The notes: generated by a model not told the origin, from the letters alone. Positions 24,007 through 38,300 are shown, counted from the stretch's first letter. The stretch is 64,000 nucleotides of DNA from Squalus acanthias (GCA_030390025.1 CM059426.1:5642001-5706000); one strand, 5' to 3'. A program made the numbers and translations.

Positions 24007-25639
24007 TTGCTGTATGTAGGTATAATGCTTCCCCTTCTTGGTGTATATAGGCATAATGCTTCCCCTTCTTGCTTATATAGGCATAATGCTTCCCCCTCTT
24101 GCTGAATATAGGCATAATGCTTCCCCCTCTTGCTGAATATAGGCATAATGCTTCCCCTTCTTGCTGTATATAGGCATAATGCTTCCCCTTCTTGCTGTAT
24201 ATAGGCATAATGCTTCCCCCTCTTGCTGAATATAGGCATAATGCTTCCCCTTCTTGCTGAATATAGGCATAATGCTTCCCCTTCTTGCTGAATATAGGCA
24301 TAATGCTTCCCCTTCTTGCTGTATATAGGCATAATGCTTCCTCCTCTTGCTAGCAGAGATTTTGTTTAATGGCTAAAATGCCTCTGAATCAAGGTACCCA
24401 CCCTGAGCCACCATGTTTTTAGACTTTGTGTTGATGTCTGAGTTTGGTATTTGTAAAATTGCTGAGGTTGTGACTGTTGACACTGCTTTCTAAAACATTT
24501 CAGAAGATTTTTGTTGGCTTGTTTACATATGTATATAAAGTGTTTATTATTTATCGAACTTGAGTGTGCTATTCTATATCTCCGTCTATAAGTTCAGTTT
24601 GAATCGGCTGCTACACTTCTAAATCAACCAATGGCTGCCATATCTTTTCAGAGGTGCAGTTGAGATCTCAGATGTGTTTTTTTTGCTTTGCCTTTCAATA
24701 TTAGGGTTTGGGCATAGCTGCATTCTGGAAGGCTCCTTTTAAATATCCATTTCAAAAAATATATCCTAGCAGAGCACTAATCAAATATTTATTGGCATAT
24801 CTTCAAGGCCTGACCTTTTCCACATGGACCAGAAAAGCAGACAACATTTAGGTATTTCTGACCGTGTGTGATGACAGACTAGTCACATCACCCTTCTCTC
24901 CACAGCTAGCCTTCAGACTGGGTGGCGGGCGCCATCACTGGTTGGACTAAGGAGCGATTCCGTGATAATTTAACTGTAAAGCTGATCAGATTTTGAAGGA
25001 CCGTAACTTGGATTTGTCCATAGATTTGTCTGCCTGCATTTGTGCAGGGACAAAAGTGATAATAGCTGGAAAAGTCTGTTCAGTTGTATGTCACATTGAT
25101 TTATGTAAACTGACGGCCTATTGGGTCCTGATTTTTTTTCACGCCTCAGCGCAGACTAGGAATAAAACCTGGGATCTTATCTACTTAGTTACACACTACA
25201 TTTAGAAAATGAGTCAGCGAGGGAGTGAGATTTTTGGAAATTACTGAGAAAGTTCATTAAATGGAGATTAAACTGGTCTGTTGTTGATTGAATCCCATTT
25301 TGAAATTTTTGCAAAAAAAAATCCTTTTTATTGAATGTTAAGCCCCAGATTTTCCTATCGAAGGCCAAAACCAGTGGTTAGTCCTGGAAGAGAAAGCTTT
25401 ACATTTTTTGATAGCTTGGCCATAATATAAAGGCCAAAGTTTGAGATTTTTTCTGCTTTTTTTTTGTATATTAGGTGGCATAACAGGGTGCAACTGGAGG
25501 CAACTGTAAAGAGGGCAGATGTCTTAGAAATTTGACCCTGCTGATTGCTGGGAACACAGAGGACTTGGAGGAATTGTACCAGTGGGCAAGTCATTGAATA
25601 TCTGTAGCCTAATGCATGCTCTGACAGCCCTGATTCAGC

Positions 25640-25975
25640 AACTGATGGTTAACTTTGCATTTGAACTTCTACATATGAAAGACACAGTCCCAAGTGACGA
25701 CACTGCCTGGAGGGAGTTCCACAGGCAGAAGTTGTGTATGATTTGCTTCGCTGCTGAGACTTCCTGCAGAATTTTTGGATTGATACAGAATGTTATGGTG
25801 CAGCTGTGGCATCTCTTGTATTCCTAGCATAGAGGTGAATGTTTGGCTCGAATGCCAGCAGCTTTTCTGGTGCTGCTTCGGTCATAATATTGTAGAGGAC
25901 TTGCATCCTTGTTGCAGCTCTCTAATGTTGGAGAGAATGGCCCTTGGCACAGATTTGGATCATCCTCTTTGAGTC
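25640..25975 (-). mobile_element. Very old LINE 3' fragment
   Basis: Reverse strand retains LWNSL and RNTR-like remnants typical of CR1/L2-clade ORF2 ends. Confidence 0.35.
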
Positions 25976-27750
25976 CCATTGATCTGCTTGGATTTGGACT
26001 GTACTGGGTTCATTAGCAAAAGAGCTGAACCGTTTGAGGTTATCACTCCTAGTACATTTGTCATTCTTATTTGGTTTATTTATCTTAGTTATTCTTTACA
26101 TAAAAATGCTCTGCTTATTTACTTATGTCTCTTGGATTACCATGCCTTATCTCTTGGTAAGAATGTGAGTAAATGGACACAAAGAAGCAACATTATTCTG
26201 TGCAGGAAATGAGATGTAACCCCAGAGCCACTCTTTAAATATGCAAAAAGTGCTCTGACTAGAGGAATAAGACCCCTATTATGGCAAGTTCATGACCGTA
26301 AATAAAATTAGAAACAAAATGAACAATTCTTTACATCCAGCATGCTATGGTGGTAAAGGGGAGCTGAAAGTTGGGGGCTAAGCTCCAGATTGATCTTTCG
26401 GTAATGACCACGAGAAAAAACTATGCAGATTTTAATAGCACAAAATACATCAATAAAAGAATGTGGGGAAAAAAGGCTTGTATTTTTCACCTGCTTTTCT
26501 GTAACTCTGGATGGAACAGTATTTGCTGCAGACAGAGTTGGTGGTTTGATCACTTCTAGTGCTGGATATAAGAAATGTAGTGCATTCTAACTGGCAACTT
26601 CCTGTTACTAGTTTGGAATGCTGACAGGGAATGCAGTCATTGTGGAAGCACACCCATCCTAAACAGGAATGACCGAAGGTGTTTTTTATAGTAAATTCCC
26701 ACCAGTACTAAGATAACTGAAGTCTCTTATCTTAGTTGTATTGTAACTATTTTCGAGGCAGAGTCTTGATCGTATTTTTCAAAACTACTGGTAACATCCA
26801 AATCTTAAAAATCAGCAGATATCCCTTTGCCTGTCCCAGTGGACGGGACAATGTAGCCCCTTGTATGTTTATGCAGTGAGTGTGGAAGTTTGCCATTTGC
26901 TTTTGAGAGTTTAAGGAAACCTGAAGCTGAACTTAAACCACCAAGCTATGTCTGCAGCACATTTCTGTAGTTAATCGATATGGCGCAAATCTAATAAAAC
27001 CTTTAAGAAGTCCCTTGTTTTTTATTCTTGTCTTGGCTTCTACAGTCAGTGCTAAAAATTAGACTCCATGTTATGTGCAGTAGTTAAACATTCTTTCCCT
27101 GTCTGATTGTACTACATTTATAACAAAATAGATGATTCTCAGTACTGATGAAAATGGCTGCTAACATTGATGAGTGGGAAAATGTAGCGAAGTGTTAAAA
27201 CTATGGTTGCTTTTCCCCTACAATTTATTTAATCAAATTTAAAGAGTTTTAAAAAGGCAGTATTCCTTTTGGTAATTTACAAGAGGCTAAAATTCTTAAA
27301 TCTGTATTTTCCTTTCTCAACTTGAAATTATTTTTATTAATGCCATACATAAAAATTGTATTTTGAGGACTAAAGGGAGTGCTATCTAGTAGTTTATGGT
27401 TTTCCCTCTTGGGAGCAAGAAGCCTTCCTCAAATGGAAAAAGGTTTTACTTTTCGAAGAGAGTTATTTCCAGAATCGGTTGATCAATGCAAATTTTGCTT
27501 AACAGGGATTGTATCTAGTATATCTGTAATGTAATTTTTGCTGTTCAAATTCTGACAATAGATTGGGTCTGATCAGCTAACTGTTCACAGAGGAAAAGTG
27601 AATGTAGATTTCTTTAAAAGCAGCTATAATACAAGTCTGTTATGTAGAATTGCTTTTTGATCAGGCTGACTGAAAGGGATCCTGTCTCTTTAAAAGGTAA
27701 AATGGGTGTGTTGTAATCGCTCTTATCAAATGGCCTCAATGTCTTTCAAG

Positions 27751-28214
27751 CTGCCAACAATCGTGCAGAGGGGACTGCAGGCACTGCCGCCCAAATGGCT
27801 GGACTACTGGACAGTGGGATCTCATGGGAGCGGAACTGTATCGGCAATGTCCTGGAGGAAGCAATGAACTGTTTTGCTGAGATGCAGCGGCAGACAGAGG
27901 AGAGATTCCGGATGTGGATGGAAAAGCTGACCCGCTTGGACACTGATGAGGACACAAAACAGCAACCGAATCGACAGGAGCCCAAAATGCCAACAAGGGG
28001 CACACCAATGCCCCCTCCTACTCAACCCAGCACATTTATGCATCTGTCCAGCAACCATTCAAATCCACAACAGTCATATAACCCTTATGTGAACAACCAT
28101 CCAAATGCCGACAGTACTCCAGCATATCAAATGGCTTTCAACAACAATCCGTCAGCTGGTTTTCCGGAGAATGGAAACTCCTCTGGTCATGACCTTAATC
28201 ATTCAAACCTTTAA
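27751..28214 (+). CDS. ARK2N: Candidate alternative terminal coding exon of ARK2N
   Basis: Acceptor tctttcaag|CT joins the phase-1 G of the first exon in frame (GCT). The frame is open to TAA 28212-28214. An in-frame stop at 27714-27716 bounds it upstream, and AATAAA follows at 28611. No TE-like sequence recognised. Confidence 0.75.
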
Positions 28215-28610
28215 ACAGTCAGAAATTGAAATCTTATAATTAAACTCCCAGCCAAACTAGTGTTTTTGTGGGGAGATCTCTTTTAACTAAGATTTCTAAA
28301 CATCATACATGGGCAGCAATGCAGTTTTTGTACACAATGCAGGAACTTCAGTGGCCAGGTTGTTGTTAATCTCAGAATGACTGCTTGAAATATAGAATTT
28401 TAAAGCCAAAAGTCACCGTGATAACTATAACAACCTACCTCTGATTTTACCTTTGGTCACATTGCAGGGCATAAAAACTTTTCTAAATGTTACTGTTCAA
28501 TTGGCGTATTGACTTCATTAATCAAAATTATAATTTTTTAAAATTGTTAAAGTTACAATATCCGTTAAATGAAAACTGTACTTTTACAATTTCAAGTTAC
28601 TTAATATGTT

Positions 28611-28616
28611 AATAAA
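28611..28616 (+). terminator. Candidate poly(A) signal for the alternative terminal exon
   Basis: AATAAA about 400 nt after the TAA, at the end of an AU-rich stretch. Confidence 0.5.
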
Positions 28617-30254
28617 AACACAATTATGTTACAGGTTGGTGCACCCACACACAGTTCTGATTTTGTGCATCTGAGACCATTCTGATTTGCAGGCAGTGAC
28701 CAGTAAAAGCCCAGTGATCATACCTTGTCTGGGTAATGTGTGAGATGGGGGAATGCTTGCCAAAAGATGCAGTTACTGATGCCTCATCTTTGCAAGTATC
28801 CAAAATGACTCCCCTTCCTCTTTACCTCTTCTTCACCCAGCACATCTCTTACCCATCTCCTCTTTCCCCTTCCAACTTCCACTTTTTTCCGGCTCTCCCC
28901 CTCTCCTGTCCCAGCACTTCAAAAAAACATTGCTAGAGTCTTTGTTTTTTTAAATTGGATACTAGAGAAACTACTTTACGTCTGCTGCTGCTAGGGTAAG
29001 AACTGAAAGTACTGATATAAGTTTGAAGCATGTTTATGATGAGACCCCAGTTCCCCCTCTTACTCTTTTCAGTGCAGATAATGGATAGGCAAAGCCTCTG
29101 AAGCCCCCAACACTTGGCACCAGTGCTACTGCGTGCTTGTTTATTTTTCATCTGGACTGCATTTTACATTGAAGCCATTGCACATTACTGAACAAATGTA
29201 GAAAATAATTCCTCTTTTGGGGATGGGACAGTGGAGAAAGACAATATCTATTTTGACTGCATGCCTAACGGTAACAAACGGAAATTGAAAATTGCTCAGT
29301 TCAGAATCTGGGACTATCTTTTTTGGGTTGCACCAGCAGAAATTACCAATTTCAAGTCCACTAAGCCAGTGTTAAAAGTGACACAGTAGTACTGCCATAT
29401 CGTGTTTCTTCTAATGCCATGACACTAACTTGCTGTACAGTGGTAGAAACTGAGCACTGTACATATTTGTCTCAGGTTTAGAACACATTGACCCAATATC
29501 TCCACAATATATTGGTGCAACTTAAACAATCAGTGTCCTTTTGGTACTGAACTGGCCACTTGGGCAATTATATCATTTGCCTTCAAATGCCCAGTATGAT
29601 CCATTTCCTCCCCCCAACCTGTATTGGATATGGGACATCATAGACCATCTGCCCCGGGCCAACTGATCTGAGCGAATCAAGCTTTGAACTGTGTCTCCAG
29701 TCTGCAGACCATATTTTGTTGTTTCCTGCCCCCCATGCCCTGGACATGTTGGTTAAACAGTTGGCCAAAGTTGAGGTCTCATTGCCTGGATCTGGATATC
29801 TATGTGTATACAGTGTATGAAATGGTTTCAACCCAATTGAAATGTATTTTAAGTTGTCCAGATACTTGCATTAACCTTCAATTTTAGATCGTCATCAAGC
29901 AGCAGCAATAGAAATGGACCTGGTAGAGTAGGTGATTAAAGTAAAACTTGAATAAATAAGACTGGATGCCATTAAAGAGGGGCATTTAAAAAAATATAAA
30001 GCTTTTGATTACTGAGACCCTTTGCAAATGAACTATGGATTTCCACCTTTTAGATGGCTTGTGGTATGAGGCTGTAAAAGATAATTGGAAGATATAGATT
30101 ATAAATTTGAGATTTTATGGATAATGTGCTTGTACTTTATTTACATAATCTCAAAATTACTGTTTGCTTGACAAAAATATCCATGTTACGATGCAGAATA
30201 CCCAGGAATGCTTACTTTGCATAGGGATCAAGTTTCATGTAAAGGTGCTCCCCG

Positions 30255-30790
30255 AATACCTCAGTCAGTGAGTTAATTGCCTGGGATGGTACTGACCAGA
30301 AGTATATTGGACTTGATCCCTGGTCTGTGCTGAGATAACTTCTACTTTGAATGGACTTGCAGGTAAGAAATTGATGGCACAAACATTTAAATCATTTAAG
30401 TGACAATTGGAAACCGTGATTGGGAGGTTTTTCTAGATGGATGAGCTAAGATCGACCAAATGGCCTTTAGCTTGTGATCTCAGCTCGGGCAGTAACAGGT
30501 GTTGCAATTGGCAACGCAACACCCCTAGGCTAAGTAGGGGAAAATGATCAGCCAGGCCTCTTGCCCGTGATTGCTGTTCATTGACTCCTTTTAGAAGTGC
30601 ACATGTGAATGTCTGGTAAGGGCAGGATTAGGCTCAGATGTGATGTCTTCCGAGGTTGCCTAGCCTGCTGAAGTTCACCTTTAAGTATCGCATATAAAGA
30701 ATGCCCAATTGAGTGAGGTCCAAGAGAGCTGCCTGTAGACACCTATCCCAGCATGAATTGGTACTTTCAAGAGAAAGAGAAGAAATTCGG
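30255..30790 (+). mobile_element. Old SINE family copy
   Basis: tgatccctggtctgtgctgag...gatctcagctcgggc...ggcaggattaggctcagatgtgatg aligns with the 61315 copy. Confidence 0.6.
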
Positions 30791-33700
30791 AAAGAAAAAC
30801 ACATTTGTTCAAAGGTTGTAAGGGTGAGGGATTAAAAACTTTCAAAAGGTGTATATATCTTTCAGGATATCTAAATTAAAAATCATTTAGGCCACCACTC
30901 CCCCAGTGAAATGGCCGAATTAATATAGTAGATTCACATTATTAGACTATCCTAATGCCAGCGTCATGGGCATAACAAAATAAGTGTATGAATTTTACCC
31001 TTTTATATGTCAGTAGGCCTTTGGTGAATGTGTGCCATTCTGTTAAACAGTTACAATTTAAATAACTGAAAGATTAGGCTTAGTTACATTTAGAATCGCA
31101 ATGAAAGCATGGAGCTTCCATAAATTAGTTTTTTTTTAAAAAGCAACTCAAGGCATGTTCTTTAATCTTCAAATACACTCACAGAAGTAACTTGAAGTTC
31201 AGTATTTCTGTGGTTTATACAAAATGACCACATGTCCAACTGCTTTAGTTTATCCATTGCATGTGCTGATAAACCAAAGTTCAAACTGTGCAAAACAAAA
31301 CCCCTCCCTTTTGGCAATTCTTAGATTTAAACATTAAAAAAAGTAATACAGCTGACACAGGCGATACATAACCATGTTTAATGTTCATTAATAATACAGA
31401 AACATCAGTGTAGATGGATTTCTGCGATGTAATATGGCCCTGAATCACAGCTTTGACCCACTGTATTAACTGTTTGCGCCAGTCTTGGGAGAAGAGGAGA
31501 TGAAGGGAAGGAGACTGCCTGGTATTGGGATTTGGCAATGTCCCATGAGTGAACTCAGGTGGGATATTTGAGTAGTGGAAGAATTTGTAAATCCCACTGA
31601 CAAAAATTCAGGAGGGATGGGGATCTTCTGAAAACTGAGTTGTGCTCCTCCTCATTTTCTGAATTCAAATTTTATGTTGTTACTCAGCCTTCTAAGTTGC
31701 CCTGCCTGTGTTTCATTGTATTGGATAGCTGCTATTCCTAAAGTTCACAGGGACAACTTCGTGGCATAGAGTTTTTTTTACGGTCTTTTGGTCTTTGCTG
31801 TCAAAGCACTATATGTGATTTTGCTGATGACGCTCTGAACTGCTGTTTAACCAAAATGCTTTGGATACCAACTACTGATGTGTTGCTCCAAACATTTACA
31901 TGACTGCTACCAACGGTAAGCTGTGTTTTGACTGTCTTTTCCATCACCAGAAATCCATCTGTAGTTTTGTCTTCATACTGTATTTAGGAAAGTTAAAAGT
32001 TAACAGGGTATTGTGATAAACAGTTCAAATGAAACCTCTCCAAAAGCCTTTTCCCCCCAAATAAAATGTGCAAATGACTCAAATGACATGAAGTATTTCA
32101 ACCATCTTCTTTGCAGATTTATTCATTTTTATGAAATCAGAAATTTTCATGGTACTGTATCAGAAGTGGCTTTCATCGAAACAGTCATGTTTCATGGGCA
32201 GGCAGTTTCGTCTGATGTCTATCCTCTGGAATGGGTTGAATGTGTACATTTTAGGGGGAAGAAACTGTCACTAGTTTTTGTGTATGTGTTGTGTACTAAA
32301 TTTTAAACCATTCACTTACCAGTGATGGAGGGAGGACAGGTACTCCTTAACCCTATCCCTGATTTGACTGCTATTAAAAGTGACTGGGAACATAGCCCTT
32401 GCTGGATTGAATTTTAACCCGTAACTAAATTTGATTCCATGGCCTTTTTCATTGTCGAGGGCTCTTCCTATTGATAGGCAACTAGAGCTCTTAATTGTTT
32501 CCCTTTGTCCCCAGAGTGGTGACGCCTTGGTAGTAGCTAGCTGGCTACTTAACTTGCCAAAAGCAGTGTCATGATGACTCCAATCATTCTTTGTAGTTTG
32601 GACATTGTCGTCTGCTATCATTTTCTTTTGCTCCTTGCTGCCAGCTGTCCAAGCAGTGAGGTTAACGGCAAAGAATCAGATAGCTGCTGGATTTTATTTT
32701 CATTTGAGAACTTTCTGCTGGGAGAGGGGGGAAGAAAAAAAGTAAACTTAGAATGATTTTTTGTAGTGCATGGTTTTTTTTTTAACAACTGTAACAATAT
32801 CATGAGTGGTCATGGTTGGTTGATTGTTTACAGCCCTGTCACCATTACTTTGATTTCAGGGGCTCTCTGATGCTAAACTTAGGACCCAGAATTTATTAGC
32901 TGCTGTTCTAGGTAAGGGATGTCTCACCCCAGAGTGGGGAGAGAAGGTACTGGCAGCATTAGATATCCTCCCTCTTTCTCCTACTCACCAAAGTACAATT
33001 GGAAAGTCGCAGAACAATGTCTGCTTAGTTGTTTTGTATGATTCTGTGTTATGGTGCGATATGCTGTAACATTATGCTACGTGAAAAGTGCCGTCACATA
33101 TGAAGGTTTGTGATGCAAGAAAAATCCAACACCCACCAGTCTGTATAGATCGAGATGCATTCTCCCACCCCCCACCCCCACCCCCGTTCTCCAAGAATTG
33201 TTTTAAATTTCATTCTTCCTCTTGGTTTTGTAGATTTAGCAGTATGTTAGCGATAAAGCAGTCTCTGAAATCTGTGGCTCACTATACGGATGAATGTAAA
33301 GTGTCTCCAAAGATATTCTTGAGCAGTTTCTGAAAAAGCAGCTCAACTAGATCAATGGAGGCGGGGTTTCATCTCTTTACTCTGTTATTGAAGCTGCTAT
33401 TTGCACTGGAACAGTGAGTTATTAGTATTTACACAACTTCTATAGACACTAGTTGTGGACAGTATTTACAGTGCAATTTGCTTTAAGAACAATAAACTCT
33501 GTTTGTACTAGAGGTGGACACAAGTACCAGAACCTGCGATTTGTATTTCTTTTTAAGAGATGGATTTAAACTTGTGCCTTTTTTTTTTGTTTGCATTTTG
33601 ACAATTATCACATCAAACTTTCAAAGCCTTCAATTCCTTTTGTAACACAGAATTTGAGAGGGATTTTTTTTTGCTTGTTTTTTCCTAGTTCTATTTTTGA

Positions 33701-33804
33701 TATGGCTATGACTAGGAACTGATGGCAGCCTCTGGCCCTAACTCCATTCTCATTATTGATTGGCCACTCTTAAGCTCAGAGTTTCGGCATCCCATCAGTT
33801 CAAG

Positions 33805-33885
33805 GAACATAAGAAATAGGAGCTGGAGTAGGCCGTACAGCCCCTTGAGCCTGCTCCGCCATTCAGTAAGATCATGGCTGAACTT
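33805..33885 (-). mobile_element. CR1 3' tail fragment
   Basis: gaacataagaaataggagctggagtaggcc..., matching 13154-13230. Confidence 0.8.
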
Positions 33886-34214
33886 CTACATCAAAACCTG
33901 AGCTGATTTGTGTTGTGGGATGCTCATGGGGAGGAAGGTTGCTTCAGAACTAGAAATTAAGTTAAGTGCATATTAAGGTGAGCATCAATATTGGATCTAA
34001 TCATCATTTTACAATAAGTCTTGCTCCTGAATACATGGGCGACGTGTGTAAAAGATTACAAAACCGATTTTTACAGATTTGATCCACAGGGAGACATGTC
34101 AGTGCACCGACCGGTTGTGTTTCACCTCAAACTTAATGGTCAGCGTTACAGCCTTTAGCTTTTTAAAAAACAAAATTTAAAAAGCCAGAAATTGCAGACA
34201 TTCTTTGTAACGCC

Positions 34215-34450
34215 ACTGACTCTGATCAACATGAAGGGTCCTCACTATCTTGTCCAATATGCCAATTCTTATGCAAGATTTAACGTGCGTGTTGGTAGGC
34301 AATTCAACCTGTTCTTGTCCTCATGCACACTTCCAGTAGGGGTTTCTGGATAATCAGCAGAGGGACCCTGGACAATGTTTCTCCGTCCCACTGTGGTAAA
34401 AGTGAGGTCAGTTTTACCACAGCACAGCTACTCTCTTTAGCTCAAATACT
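34215..34450 (-). mobile_element. Old SINE family copy, degenerate
   Basis: Reverse-complement similarity to the family core (ttccagtaggggtttctggataatcagcagagggaccctgg). Confidence 0.45.
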
Positions 34451-34654
34451 CACTGGTTAAACTCACTGAATCTTCTGTGGGGGGGAGGAGTATTCTTGAA
34501 ACGAGCAGTGTTTCCACGCATCCATGTGAATTGTTAGCTATCAAATGGCATTGTGCAACTCAAGCTAGACGAATGGGATATCTCTTGGAAACCTATGCAC
34601 ATAGAATCTATATTTATCTTTAAAGAAGCACAGTTTTTGTGAAAAACCGGTTTC

Positions 34655-35300
34655 ATGTAGTCATAGAATGTAATTTCAGCCCATTAAGTATGTGCTGATT
34701 TTTTTTGTTTGCTTCTACATGAGCCACCTAGTCTGATCCAACCTTCCTGCTTACTTTTCATATTCCTTGATATTCTTTTTCAAGCAACTATCGAATGCTT
34801 TCACAGTAGAATTTATCGACTCTATCAGCAACTGTTTCGTGCAGAGAATTCCACATTCTAATCACTGTCCTGTGTAATTTTTTTATCACACCCCCTCTTT
34901 TAATTATTTTTATTATCTTAAATTAGTGCCTTTTTTGTTACCATCTTTCCAACCAGTGGAAAACAATCCATCACTATCATAACCATGAACTCTCAACTTT
35001 CTGAACTTAGTGAAAAAAGCCCTAACTTCTCAAATCTCTCTCTTTATAACTAATTCTCTCCTCCATGGTAACATCCTAGTGAATCCATCCTGCACCAGTT
35101 CATTGTCTTAAATGTCCTTCCAATAATGGGTGCCTAAAACTGTACAAAATACTCTCATTGTAGTCTAACTTCTTGTGCACATTTAACATTACCTCATTTA
35201 TTTTATATTCTATGCCTCTATGTACAAAACTGAGGATTCAGTTTGCCTTGGGTACTTGAACCTCAACTTTTATTGACCTATGTATCTGCACTTCTTTACA
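34655..35300 (-). mobile_element. Degenerate CR1 3' fragment
   Basis: catagaat tail, gcagagaattccacattcta (WNSL region), and gtgcctaaaactgtacaaaatactc (EYCVQFW region). Confidence 0.6.
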
Positions 35301-38300
35301 GAAAATTCTGTAGTGCGTTTTTGAAAATTGCATTGAAACGCATCATTGTGCAATTACAAATTAAGTCATTACAAAGAAAATGAAGTCGGGATATTCGCCT
35401 ACCCCTAAACACAGATGTTTGAAGTGAAGGCACTGCCTCTTTTAAGAATGGTTCCAGTTTTCTTCTGCCACCCCCTCCAGTTTTAATTTGTATCAAGACA
35501 ATTCACTAAATGAAAGAAGGGCTCCCCAAATTGTAGGTTAGTTTTTTTAATCATCCAGTCTCCACTGTAGCTAGATTTTGCATCTTGAAGCTTAACCTTA
35601 ATGGAATATTCCTGTGTAAGATCCTACGGTAGTCATCCTTAAGCATTCCTTATCTAAGTACAAGCTGTATGTTTTTTAAAATTAGATTTTAGTTGTTTTT
35701 AATTTAAAGATGGCTGCCTTCTCAGTCCTAAGATATGGTATATCAGTGTCTAATCTCAAGTTGCAGCTTACTAAGGTTAAGAAAGATGTCCCTTACTGAA
35801 TGAAAATTCAGTTCACTTGAGCGGCACCAATTTAGTTCAGATGTAGAGTGAAATTATTTTTGGAATGACTAGGATACTTGTGGTTGGTCTGTAACATTTA
35901 AATAGAGAAAAATTGCAAAGTCATATTTTGATCCACGTCATTTTAATGAGTCAGTAATGGTTTAGATTAACACCCTTGCCTCGCCATCACTTGCATTTGT
36001 GGAAAGTATCGTTGATAACATACCTAACAATAGTACTGAGTTTAGGATAACACTCTCCTCCTTGTTAATGGTTTGCAAAGTGTCAAATAGAGTAAACAAG
36101 TCACTCAACCCATCACAATTTTGGTATAAACTAAGGCTCCTGTGGTTTCAGACCCCAGGATCTTTGCAAGATCACATGTAATGCAGAGGCTCCCAGTAAC
36201 TGACATCCAGGATTGTTGCTTGTGTCCACCTTTACTTTCAAGGGAATTGCTGTTGCAACCCCTTACCTACGTTATGTAACGATATTGTTTACCAAGTACT
36301 GTATTGCCAAAAACCCTGTAAAATCCAGAAGTGTAAAATACTGCAACTTCAATGAAAATAAATTGTTCAAAGAGTAAAAACTCCTTTTGGCTTCTTCACC
36401 TTCTGTTTGTGCTGATGTTTCCAAGAGTGCAAAGCTGTAATGTGCCTGGTGCAATAGCATTTGGTGTGCTGCGAACTAGGAAATGCGATGCACTTCAAGA
36501 CTTAAGGTGGCAAGTGCGGTGCATGGATACTCAAGTTTTGTTTGCTTTAACCTTGAGTATTGCAGTGGAAATTGCTTGCAAGATTAGTAACTTTTAATTT
36601 TTTTTTGGGAGGGGGTGCAGCTCAAGTCGTGTGTAAAATAGCTAATTCCTGTATAATTATTGTCATCAAAGAGACCAAGCAGAATCTATAGGAAATAAGA
36701 CAATTCCTTTGCAAAAGCCTAGGTAATGTTTCTGCTAATGGTGAAGAATAAGAGTAACAGCAAGATCCAGCAGTTAGTGTTTAAGAGCATGGGTTTTCAA
36801 AAATCGACGGATAAATGACTCCTCCAGTCTCCAGCAAATGGGAACTTTTAGATTCGAAAGCTGGAATAAAACACCAGTGGTTAGTGAAGTGTGTGTGGAG
36901 CTGGAATTATTCATGCAGCTTTAGTGCTCTGGAAAGCTGTGTGCATTTTGCAGCTTCCCCTTCCTAATGGCTGATCACATCTGAATCTAAAGAGAAAGCA
37001 GTGGCTACAGGTAGATGCAGTAATCTTTATACTTGCATGCCCATGGTAGTTGAGCCAATAAGGATTTGGATATAATTGCGCAATGTTTACTGATTAACCG
37101 AAGTCTTACATTTTTATTTGATCCATTTTAAGTTTATTGTCATTACCCTGGGCAAGCGTTCTGCTCATAAGCCTCTAGCAGTGCTGCTCATGAGCTGGCT
37201 GCTAGGAACTGCACGAGTACTTTTCTCCCACTCTCCACCATTTCTTACCCTCTCTCCATCCCATCAGCAGCACAGTGGAAATGGAAAATTTTATGTGGGG
37301 ATGCAGTGACCTGCGCCTGTCAAACCACGACTTTTGTGGCTGTTTCCCTCATTTTTAATTCTCTTCGCTCCTTCCGTTGAGGGCAGTGACCTCAGTGAAC
37401 ACTCACAAGGAAGTTGACTATTCCCTCTGGCTCTGTGTCAAGTGCTATAACCAGTGTCTGCTGTTGAGTTGAGATGCATTCTCTCTAATTCCCCCTCATT
37501 GTGTAGTCTTAATGCTTTTGATCAGTGACATTTAGGATTTATCCTTACTTTTTTAGCATCCTGAAATTTTTCAGACATTGTTTTGTATGGAAATGAACTA
37601 ATCCTGGTTAACCAGATTTCATTTATCCCACTCTGAAGACTGATCTTTACACAGACAGGATTTATGACTGAGCTCAGCCATATAGAGGGCCAAAGGGTAT
37701 TTTTTACAGTGGAGATGTTAAAAGAACTTTCATTTATAGGTTATACCTATATAGCCTCCCACAAGTGCGATAAATCTATGTATCATGTGTTAGAGGGGTA
37801 GAAGTTGAGGCATCTTTCAGAAGATGCAACACATGAGCCATTGACATTTTACAACTGTGAACTCTGGCTTTCTATTGTGACCAAACAAATTACAGTAAAA
37901 ATGTGAGTCAAGAACCAAAAGCAAAAGTACATTTATTGTTCATTGTAAAATGAGCAGCACCAAAACACGTGCAAGAAGCAATGTTTTGTTTAAACAGCAT
38001 CTGCTATTGCATCTGGCACAAATCATTTGTAAAAATTATAAAGGTTCCTTGAAATGAAGCATTTTATTGACTTTTAGATCCACCCCTGTATATGTGAGTA
38101 TTAGTCCAAGAAGTTATGTAGAAAGAGGCTTCTTGACATTTCAATTCAGTATTGACTCAGCGAACCCTCTACCTTTTTTCTGTCATAAACCTCATTTATA
38201 TCCTCAAGGAGGCCAATTTATCAAGCTTTATTCTTGCAGTCTATCTATCGCTTGGCTTATTACTGTGAAATCACTTGTACAAGCTGCACCTCTATATAGG

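Larger units (their letters stand above)
23545..24350. repeat. 31-bp minisatellite (TGCTGTATATAGGCATAATGCTTCCCCTTCT), about 12 copies, split by an insertion
   Basis: One copy plus a partial copy at 23545-23586, and about 11 copies at 24008-24350. Confidence 0.95.

Noticed and set aside
23939-24332. Repetitive - strand ORFs
   Set aside because: Translations of the 31-bp minisatellite.
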